Shown here: in pieces, positions 53,818 to 64,000 of the stretch | Layout of the letters: each line of letters starts with the position of its first letter | Numbering within the stretch: the first letter of the stretch is position 1 | Origin: Octopus vulgaris | Lineage: Eukaryota | Direction of reading: 5' to 3' | DNA: 64,000 bases | Assembly (NCBI GenBank): GCA_951406725.2 | Contig: OX597817.1 | Coordinates: 26,598,001 to 26,662,000 of the forward strand | Made by a program: the position numbers and the translations under genes | The notes under the pieces: model-generated | Databases searched by the model: none | What the model was told of the DNA's origin: nothing | The model's input: only the letters and a program-made list of their open reading frames with translations

Positions 53818-54912
53818 CTTAATAAACACACTATATCTGTTTATGTGCCTCTATTAGTTTCATGTGCTGAGAGCATGCCAAACAGTGTTTTAACATGTCT
53901 GGTGTTCTAGCACAATCATCAGACACTGCCCGCATGACATAGTGGACAAAAAAAGGGATGATAAGATGAGAGAAAAAGCAAGGAAAGGTGACAAAGAAGT
54001 AGACATAAAAGATGGAAGGTTGAAAAAATGAAAATAAAAAGGAAATCAGAAAGAAGTATAAGGGAAGATTAGAGTTATTTCCCTTTAGACTGTCGAATAT
54101 AAGGCTGAAAGAATACTGTTTAGCATGCTCTCAGTGCATGACACTAATAGTAGCACATAAAAACATATATTGTGTCTATTAAATAATATTTATCTCTCAG
54201 ACAGAGTGTACTTTTTGTTGATCTTACCATTATGGAACTTTATATACATATATATATATATTTGTGTGTGTGTGTGTGTGTATGTGTGCACATGCACTCA
54301 TATCACACATATGCCTGCTTTTATGTATTATATTCAATCACATCCATTTTGAAAGGATCTATTGTGTTTGATTTCAGTATAATGCATGATGATCGTTGTC
54401 TTCTTTTCTCATAATAAAAATGTTTCCTGAATTATGGTTTATAAGAATGTCTTGAGAGATAATAAAATATTTTTGTTCCATAAAGGTGTTTTTTATGCCA
54501 TTTCTATTTTATTGCAGAAATTTTAGAGCTTTGTGTCATGTTGACAAACTTTATTCTTGTGTATGAAACAATAATATATTCTATGTGGACCTGCGATGTT
54601 AGGTTTAGAAATAATGTCAATACTTCTTGTTTTTAGCATTGTTGTTGGTATTCAGTATATTTTCCTGTAAATAGGTAATTTTGTAAATGTTGTTGCTTAG
54701 TAGTATATGTTTAAGTATTCTAAAGACTTTATAAGATACCATTATAGGTTCTTTAGATTCAACTTGAAGCAGATTCATAACTATTGTCATTCTCTGATTT
54801 CATTCAAACATGTTACGATAAATATTTCAACTTGTGTCATAACATTTGACCTGTTTTCTTGCCATGAACTTTTGCAGTCTTTCGTGGTATATTATATTCA
54901 ACTTTAGCTTAC

Positions 54913-55060
54913 CTTGTATATTCAATAATATTTGACAGAAATGTAGTATTTGAGAAAAATTTGGCTGCAGTTTATTGCCTTTCGAAGAATCAGATAGAGA
55001 TTTCTTCTTTGGAATTGCAGGGTGGTTTCATCCTCAACAGTGCAGTAATATTGTTAACTT
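54913..55060 (-). other. Exon-like segment with strong splice sites
   Basis: Acceptor tctccttcgctcttgtag, donor AAG|GTAAGC; S*QYYCTVEDETTLQFQRRNLYLILRKAINCSQIFLKYYISVKYY*IYK. Confidence 0.35.
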
Positions 55061-55260
55061 CTACAAGAGCGAAGGAGATACTCTTGAAGGAAGTAGTTCC
55101 TGAAGCATCAAAGGGATTGGCCAAATTAGGAATGTAACAGAAAGTTCTACAAAATCTAGTTGATTTGTACCAGGATGGAGGTAATAAAAATGTTCATTTC
55201 TGAGTTACACATCTACATAAGTTCTTAGTATAGAACACTTCACTATGTTTAGATTCTGTC

Positions 55261-55371
55261 GAGGTCGACTTTGCCTTTCATCCTTTCAGGGTCGATAAAT
55301 TAAGTACTTAATCTGTTTGTCTGTCCTTGTTTGTCCCCTCTGTTTAGCCCCTTGCTGGTAATAAAGAAACG
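55261..55371 (+). mobile_element. 5'-truncated SINE family C with TSD
   Basis: Direct repeat tgtttagattctgtc at 55246-55260 and 55372-55386. Confidence 0.88.
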
Positions 55372-55539
55372 TGTTTAGATTCTGTCAACTTAGAGAAGGC
55401 CTTTCATTGAGTACCTTGCTCAGTTGTCTGATGGCCACCAAAAAAACTATGTGTAGATGAATAGTCGTTTGAGCTATGAAAACCATATTCAAAAATTATC
55501 TTAAGTGATAGTTAATAGTAACTCTACTGAAGAATTTAG

Positions 55540-55800
55540 TATAGGTGTATTTAGATAGGTGTTCACCAGGGCTTGCTTTTCTGCTCCCTCCTGTTTACAA
55601 TTGTTCTCTAGGCCATACCAAGTCTTTTGCTACAGCCTGGAGAACTATTCTAAACAGGAAAGAGCAGAGAAATAATGTATGTGAATGACTTAGTTCATTT
55701 GATTGGATCCGTTGAAGCTTAAAGATAATATTTTAATTGTTGTAGCAAAGCCTTAAAACAAAAGGCATCGACGTAAGCCTAGCAAAACTGTCAATAGCAA
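55540..55800 (+). mobile_element. Decayed RTE reverse transcriptase fragment
   Basis: GVHQGLLFCSLLFTIVL resembles the RT motif GVHQGSVLSPLLF. Confidence 0.55.
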
Positions 55801-56344
55801 AAGACAGAAAGAGTCATTATGCTGATTTCTACTACCATCTTTAACTAAGTTTTGTGATCAGCCAAGATCATAAATTGATTTTTTTCCCCTAAAATGAGCA
55901 ATTTCAGTATAGCAAAAACAGTAGCTAACCATGAAAAACTAAGGTCATTTTTGGAATCTGCCCCATCAAATTAGCTAAAAAAAAACGTGTTTTGTTTCTT
56001 GGCACCAAAAATAATGTTGACCAATGTAATGTAAGCTAGGAGAAAAAGGTATAAGAGGAATGGGTAATTGTGCATAGGAGGGAAATCTAAGTAAACATAG
56101 ATATTGGTATAACATGGCTATGTGGAAAAGTTGGCTTTGCAATCCTGCTGCATGACACCTTGGACAGTTATCTTGTAAAAGAGTCTTTGATTCACTAAAG
56201 CAGTGAGTGACATTTTGTACATAGAAACTGTGTGGAAGCCATTGAAAAGCATAATCACACACTTAGACATACACACATATGCACACACATACACACACAC
56301 ACACACACACATCTTACACATTTATTTCCTCAATACTCTTGTTA

Positions 56345-56672
56345 CCAGTATTGGCACTTGTGCCAGTGGCATGCAAAAAAACAGTCAAGCAAGGTCGTTG
56401 CCAGTGCCACTGGACTGGCTCCTGTGCGGGTGGCATGTAAAAAACATCATTTGAGGATAGCCATTGCCAGTACTGCTTGACTGCCCTCCAAGGCACGTAA
56501 AAGCACCCACTACACTCTCAGAGTGGTCAGCATCAGGAAGGGCATCCAGCTGTAGAAACTCTGCCAGATCAGATTGGAGCCTGGTGCAGCCATCTGGTTC
56601 GCCAGTCCTCAGTCAAATCGTCCAACCCATGCTAGCATGGAAAGCAGACGTTAAACGACGATGATGATGATG
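56345..56672 (+). mobile_element. Family B copy
   Basis: Tandem units, conserved block, (GAT)n. Confidence 0.88.
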
Positions 56673-57636
56673 AGTGTGATATTTTTCTTTTCATATGAAT
56701 GCATATCTTCCATTGTATGACACTGCCATGTAATGAAACAACTGGTGTCATAATACAGTTAAATGCATGACTTAGATAATGGAAACAGATTATTAAACGT
56801 TTGGGTTTGTGACACATAGCTTTTAAAATGATTTGAGAACTGTTTGATTTAAGCAGTCTTTGGAGAACTCATACTTCATTCAGTATTCGTATTTCCAATA
56901 AGGTTTAGTGTTTTCGGCAGCAAGATTATTATATGTTTCTAAATGAATTCTTCTTGCCTTGTACAAATAAACAGTATAAATAATTCATCTGTTATTTTCA
57001 TGTAACATTTAAATACAGCACATCTGTATGTCATTTGTTACAGTTTTTCACCCTAGAACTAATTGTAATGTCGTATAATTTGACATTTCCTTACAGATAA
57101 TTGCAACTAATATCCTTATTAATATGAATACGATTCTTCCAAATTATCTATCTTAATGTCAAATATCATATAAGAAGTATATATCCTGTTTAATATAACT
57201 ACATTTTACATACATATTCAGTAAAAAAAAAAAACCTTTAAGAAATCATAGGAACATTCTTATAATTTAAATATTACTAATATAAACAATTCCATAAGAA
57301 ATCTATTCAATGTTAGATATGTTTAGTCATCTCTTGTTTTGGATGTGTATCAAGACATTGTTTCAATTCCTGCCTGTACTCTTTTAATTTTACTGTGAAA
57401 TAGTTGGCATCTCTTATACAATCAATGGAGTTTTGTGGTGGATTTTGAAACAATGAATATTATTTTTTAGTAGGACAGAGAACGATAGAATTTGTGAAAC
57501 AGTTGAGAAAATGCCTGGTTATTGTTGTATTTATGTTACTTCATGATTTTCTTTCATTGAGGTTGAGTTTTCTTTTTGTCCTTCAGGCATCAACATTTAA
57601 AATGGAAACATAATTTACATTGTAGATGTAAAGACA

Positions 57637-58033
57637 TCTTTATATATAAAAGTGAAGTTGTGTGTCTGTCTCCTTCGATTTAGATTCCTAACTACTCCCA
57701 CATTTTGCGGTGCAGTGTAACCAAAAGTGGGTATCTTATAGTCGTGATTCATATCGAGCCCTTCTGGGTATTAGCATGCGTCTACGATGAGTCTACGATT
57801 TAAAAAAAATTACCATCATCCTTTTCCATTTTAATGCATTTTTTTCGCTATTATATAAGGGAAGTAACTCTCTAAAAATGTCTACGATGAGTCAACGATT
57901 TAAAAAAAAATTTACCATCATTTTTTTTCCATTTTTAATGCATTTTTTTGCTACTTTTTGGCTATAACTCTCTAAAAATGCTTATATAGTTATTTCCCTT
58001 ACAAACCCGAGCAACGCCGGGCGATACTGCTAG
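57637..58033 (+). mobile_element. Non-autonomous Helitron
   Basis: A|TCTTTATATATAAA ... cccgagcaacgccggg hairpin (58006-58021) ... CTAG|T; internal duplication of gtctacgatgagtc...ctctctaaaaatg. Confidence 0.9.
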
Positions 58034-58406
58034 TCTGTTATAAAGTTATAATGGTTATGACTTACTTTCAATGGCAAAGTGGCCACAAGATTAAGCCATC
58101 AATGTTAGCAGACCCATTACCTGGCCTAAAACATTCGAATGGTTCCCACCACATGATAGTTCTGCTCAAGCAAAACTGACTAAGGTTAATTAATAAAAAG
58201 AAACTCCCTGTAACAAGTTTTTAACTTGTCTTGAATAATGTCTAAAGCAATCCTTCCCAAACATATTGGTCAGCCAAGTTCTTAACTCTACACTTCATTC
58301 TCAGGCTCATATACTCTAATATATGGCATTTCTCAGAAGTGGAAGTGATGCTGCACTACATGAATTAATAATACAGAACATTCCCAAAGGATGATAATGC
58401 ATTTAA

Positions 58407-58627
58407 CCCTTTAGCATTTAAACCGGCCATATCTGGCCAAAAGTATTCTGCTTGTTTTATGTTCAAACTGGCCAGATCTGGTCTCTCACACTAACCCTAC
58501 AATATCATTTTAAAAATTAACAGCTACCTCATCAAAATCTCATGGCACCAAGATAATGCATGATTAGTTCAAAACAATGTGGATGAAAAAGCATTAATTT
58601 TGGCAGAATAATGCAAACACTAAAGGG
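58407..58627. mobile_element. piggyBac-type MITE
   Basis: TTAA|CCCTTTAG...CTAAAGGG|TTAA. Confidence 0.85.
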
Positions 58628-59564
58628 TTAAAGTGCTCTTAAGAAAACCTTTGTTTATAATACTCCTGTTTATATTATCAAAATGCTTTGTCAGTGCCTA
58701 TTTTGCAATCTACAAGCATAGAGTTCTTAAAAGGGGTAGACAAAACATCATTTCTGGTTCACTGTGATATCTGTTCTAAAGACATCTCTATTGTAAATGG
58801 AATCAGTACATGCGTAATTCCAATTTAGTTGCACAAGGTGCATGTATCACATTAGACGTATCAGATAGCACAAGTTGCTGTTCAAAAAGGAATAAGCATA
58901 CACAAACACTTGTTTTTACGAGACAGTTTGCTTCACTGATCCAATACAGGAACCTTTATATGGTTTTCTAACTTGCAGGAAATAGCTGTTAGATTCCATC
59001 AAATTATACATTAGTGAAGGACACATTAGATATAAAAAATTAATAATTTACCCACTGCAGCTGGTACATCTTTGATCATAAAGTAGAGTTGACTCTGCTT
59101 TTAGCAATAGACAATTTCATTAATTTTATTCAGATCATGATTAAAATGAATGCTAAAGTAATATGGCATCACGATACTTACTACATATCTTGTGGCAATT
59201 TAGTACTGGATTAATCCTCAGCCAGAACACATATGCACCAAATAATTTCAGCTTTCACTATGATATCTGTAATTTAGACATAGTGTCTGATGTGTCTAAG
59301 ACCAAAACATATTTCCTATAAAATGGTTGGAAGTGATTTGAGGATATTTAGCTGCTATTTTGTAGCAGGTCAACCTAGCATGCAGAAAATACCTGTTTGG
59401 CTTAAATTTAAACTTCACATACAATCCCCTAAATTGATTTTCAATATCCTAAAATTTTTGAGAAGATCAAAGTATCCAATTGTAATGGACATAACTCTTA
59501 CTTACTTCCAGTGGAATGTGAGAAAATTTTCTTAATATTACAATATATATCTCTCTCTTTCTCT

Positions 59565-59969
59565 TTCTCTCTTTTGCTTGTTTCAGTCATTTGACTGTGG
59601 CCATGCTGGAGCACCGCCTTTAGTCAAGCAAATCGACCCCGGGACTTATTCTTTGTAAGCCCAGTACTTATTCTATCGTTCTCTTTTGCCGAACCGCTAA
59701 GTGACGGGGACGTAAACACACCAGCATCGGTTGTCAAGCAATGCTAGGGGGACAAACACAGACACACAAACACACACACACATACATATATATATATACA
59801 TATATACGACAGGCTTCTTTCAGTTTCCGTCTACCAAATCCTCTCACAAGGCTTTGGTTGGCCCGAGGCTATAGCAGAAGACACTTGCCCAAGATGCCAT
59901 GCAGTGGGACTGAACCCGGAACCATGTGGTTGGTTAGCAAGCTACTTACTACACAGCCACTCTTGCACC
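59565..59969 (-). mobile_element. SINE family A
   Basis: Full length match. Confidence 0.92.
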
Positions 59970-60507
59970 TATCACTTAGATATCACTTAGATATTTGAAT
60001 TATGGAATACGAATATCATCTTTGGGTTAATTTTACTATAATTTAGTTATCAGATGCAGACAGAAGAACTGAGAGCAAGAAAATAAAATAGGTTAAATTA
60101 AAACTAAATCTATATAAACAAGACCAATCGTTCCTGAACAACCATTCTTTCTACCTTAAGTTAAAATATCCTCTAACTAACTCTTTGACTCATACATGAC
60201 AACATAGAGTGCTGGAACAAATCAATTATGATCACCTTCACTGTGGTTGATTAAATTGACAAAAATAGCTTTGAAATCTTCTTAATATCCAAGTCTTAAA
60301 AAATAAAATAACATGTTGAATAATGTAGTTTTACATTTGAGAATGAGAATAGTATGGTTACATGGTAACAGCTGGAATATCTTTGATCATTGGTCTCGTC
60401 AATGGAAGATGACCTGAAGCCAAACAAAACCAACACCATTTTAGTTTATCAATACAAAAGCATCTTTTGAAGATTATGTTCTTGAACTTATCTTATGATT
60501 TCTGTAC

Positions 60508-60566
60508 CTGCTCCTCATCGAAGTGTGCTTGATAATATTAAAGGTTTCACTTTTTATGTACTCATT
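60508..60566 (-). other. Short exon-like open segment
   Basis: Acceptor gtcttcag, donor CAG|GTACAG; NEYIKSETFNIIKHTSMRS. Confidence 0.2.
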
Positions 60567-62186
60567 CTGAAGACACACTGATACAATTATTATTTCTCTC
60601 CATCATTTGACTGAAGTTTAAGATAGCATTCATCACTTATACGCCACCTGCCTACTTCTTACAATGGTAAATAATACTCATACATGATATAGCTTTACAG
60701 TTAAACATTCTTGTTGTTATTTCCTTTCTCTTGCTGTGGACAAAGTGAGTATCATATTGATGGAAGACGAAAGAAATTGTTACTTTTCCAGCCAGAAGAA
60801 TGTAAATACCATAAATATGTACACAGAATTATATCCATATATTTAATAGATATAAACAAAGGGTAATAATATAGATTACTACCAGTGGCCCAGCACAAAA
60901 GAAGAATTAGTCATTAGACAAAATATTATTCATATAGAAATATAATTAAGGGCTCCTAAATAAGGATGCCAAGTGCTAGGGGCACAAAAAAAGGGATAAA
61001 TTTATCGAGAGTGAAAATCAAAAACATTTACCATTAGTGATACATCTCGGACTGATCATTCCCGGCATGCCCTATTTAATAGATATATAGATTATTTTCT
61101 GTGAAATTTAACCCTATAGTTAAATTTAACCCTTTGCAATGCTTTGAACAAGAATCTAACAGAGGAGTTTTATCTTCCTTAAAACCTTTCCTTTCAAGCT
61201 GCAAATGGTGAATGGTATAAAACTACTCATTAGCAATGTAAGCATAATTCTGAATGTTACAGATTGTTTGCATAATGTTACAATGGTACAAAGCTGGTAT
61301 AATTGTTCAGGCCAGATATTAATATTTGCAGAGTGAACACATTGTGGTTTATGAATATATATATATTAGTTTAGAATATATATAAGTATAATAGTTTAAC
61401 TCTTATAGGGTTTGAAACCACGGAGGTTCAATTTAATTTAATTTAATACACCCATTTTTTTTTTCTGCTTCGTTTTTTTTGGGTTTTTTTACTGCTTTAT
61501 TTTTCTACTGCCTTATATAAAATAATTTTTTTACTGCTTTAATTCTTTCTTCTGGGCTCGTCTGAGCATGACTGCTTCAATAAGAAAACACACAATATTG
61601 TGTTAAGCCTGCTACGCGATGATGTCTGTCTCTCTATTTTTTCCCCTACGAAGGAGTTATTAGCGTGATACTCCCTAGTGGCTTAAACACAATAATATAC
61701 CCCTGAAATGGCCATAGGGAATTTAGTAAATATGGTTTCCTCTTTTTAACTATTGCCTCTCTTATTCGATAAGTAATTTTATAAGATTTTCTAAACGATG
61801 AACCTTTATTTTATTTTACATTATATATTATATATTTTTATATGCTTCCTATATTTATATATTTTTCTATATATTTTCATATACCTATATATATATATAT
61901 ATATATATATTACTTTATACTATATTTTTACGTTTTACCTTCTAGGTGTTGTAATGGTTTTTTTAAAAAAAATACATTTTTTTTAATCGCTAAAGTATTA
62001 ACTTTTAACCGTGATGAACTGTATTCACATATATTCACACATTTTTCTCGTACTTTCTTATATACTTGTACAGATGAATTATATTCCATCTTCCGTGATG
62101 TCTACTTGTATTTCCTATGATTAAATGTTCGAGTTATGAAATGTTATGTGGATGACCTTGCATTTGCTTGTTCGATAACTTTAGTT

Positions 62187-62232
<46 letters not shown>

Positions 62233-62236
<4 letters not shown>

Positions 62237-62548
62237 AATAAGCAACAATGATAACCAGAGGTAATGCAGTACGATCGTTTCATGCAACTCCATTTAATTG
62301 AACAATGCAATCATTACATAAATTTAAAATGCAGTCCAATCCTCAGCTGCACAAAGACAGAGACAACGTTTTAGGTATAATTATGCTAATGTGTCCATCT
62401 GTTTTAATATAATTAAATTCTATGCCTTTTTGCAGCTGAGGATTGCTCTGCATTTTAAATTGATGTAATGACTGCATTGTTCAATTAAATGAAGTTGCAT
62501 GAAACAGTCATACTGCATACCTCTGGATATCCTTGTTGCTTATTTTGA
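62233..62548. repeat. Long hairpin (about 125-bp inverted arms, about 70-bp spacer)
   Basis: 62233-62356 is the near reverse complement of 62425-62548. Confidence 0.92.
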
Positions 62549-63170
62549 TTTTAATCACCATACTTTCAAATTGTATGGATAATACCTTACTAAATTCTGT
62601 TATATATATATATAAGCAGACTTTAAACGACGACGACGATGATGATGATGATGATGTGTGTGTGTATAAATATATATATATATATATGTATTTACACACA
62701 CATACATCACCATTCGTCGTTTAATGTCTGCTTTCCATACTGGCATGGGTTGGATAGTTTGACTGAGGACTGGCAAGCTAGGAGGTTGCACTAGGCTTCA
62801 GTCTGATCTGGCAACAACAGTAACAATCGTCCCATCCAGGGCAGCCACATTATGTTGGCAAATAGTTCTTTATTAAAGAACTGTTATTGAATATCTCTCT
62901 TTGAGAGATTTAGAAATAATAATCTTTCTATTTATTAGATCAGTGACTGTGTGTCACTTTGAAAATTATATATTTTTAAATGAGAATTCAGCAACATCAC
63001 GTAGCCAAGCAGCTACTATATGCTGATAAAGGGTAATAACCCTGAAACCTCTCCACAGATGTTTCTTTGTGCTGGAAGAGGGTGCTGGACTCCCTGTTCA
63101 AAAATATAAGGACACAGATATTGTGTCTTATAGCCAGCTGAAAAATATGGAGTCTTCTCTGCAATCAATC

Positions 63171-64000
63171 TTGAAATTCTAACCGAGGCTTCCGCGCTTC
63201 TGGACTGGTGATCCCTGATGACGATGTCCTCAGTTGACGAACTATGGTCGTCCCTCAAAGCATATGTAATCTTGTTGACTGACCAAGCAGTTCCCGTTGG
63301 GCTTCCCAAGAAGAAGAAACACGAGCCCTGGGTGACGAAGAAGGTTAAACGAAAACTTCGACTAAGAGATATTGCTTGGGCTGAATTCAAAAATCTAGAT
63401 TCAACTGCAGCTTTTGAGGTGTACAAAACTCAACGAGACTGAGCTGTGAAAATGGAAAAGGAAGAACGCTTCAGATATGAATACCGAATTGCGGCAAACG
63501 CCAGTCGCAATCCAAAAACCTTCTTTGCCCATGTCCAACGGAATTCCCGCTTGAACAACCAAATTGCAACGTTGGTAGACTCAACAGGCATATTGATTGA
63601 GGACCCTTATCAACAGAGTCAGTTATTTGCCGAGGCTTTTTCAACTATTTTCAAACAAGATGATGGTCGTGGACCCCCTCCATTTGATAGATCAGTACCT
63701 CCAATGCTTAGATTGATCATCACGTGGGACGAAGTCGAACGAGTTATTCAAGGCCTCGATGTCAACAAGGGTCACGGCCCTGACGGCATACACCCACAGG
63801 TTATCAAAGCGTTGGCTCCGGTCATCTGCGAGCCTTTAACACTTCTATTCAATATGTCATTGGCGACGGGCGTTATACCTGCGGACTGGAGAACAGCGAT
63901 AATCTGCCCAATTTTCAAGAAAGGGAGCCGCGAAGACCCGCTTAACTACCGACCGGTTTCCCTTACTTCAATAATCAGCAAGATGTTCGAAACCATCCTT
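63171..64000 (+). mobile_element. CR1-clade LINE ORF2 (5'-truncated, runs off window)
   Basis: PWVTKKVKR...NPKTFF...KGHGPDGIHP...IPADWRTAIICPIFKKGSREDPLNYRPVSLTS; TGA at 63209-63211 and 63440-63442, then open to the window end. Confidence 0.93.

Overview
AT-rich eukaryotic DNA dominated by repeats. The repeat set (tRNA-headed SINEs, RTE/CR1/Dong-R4 LINE fragments, Tc1/mariner, Helitrons, very long TA/CA/GAT/TAA microsatellites) looks like an Octopus-type coleoid cephalopod genome; this is an inference from recognising the repeats. No intact host protein-coding gene, rRNA, true tRNA or CRISPR is supported, and nearly all ORFs in the track come from microsatellites or SINEs. Best-supported elements: a near full-length DD34E Tc1 transposon with a 5'-UTR intron (30863-32573), an internally deleted mariner (5847-6412), two non-autonomous Helitrons sharing a 3' module, Dong/R4 3' ends sitting in (TAA)n, a CR1 ORF2 running off the right edge, three tRNA-derived SINE families (called A, C, D here) and an RTE-3'UTR-derived family (B). 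The least explained signal is a series of minus-strand AG...GT bounded exon-like segments in unique sequence (about 63 kb to 10 kb). They can mostly be chained in phase but carry in-frame stops, four TGA and no other stop in one 80-codon segment. They may be a decayed gene, a spliced lncRNA or, less likely, a recoded transcript. Repeat boundaries without a TSD or TIR are approximate.
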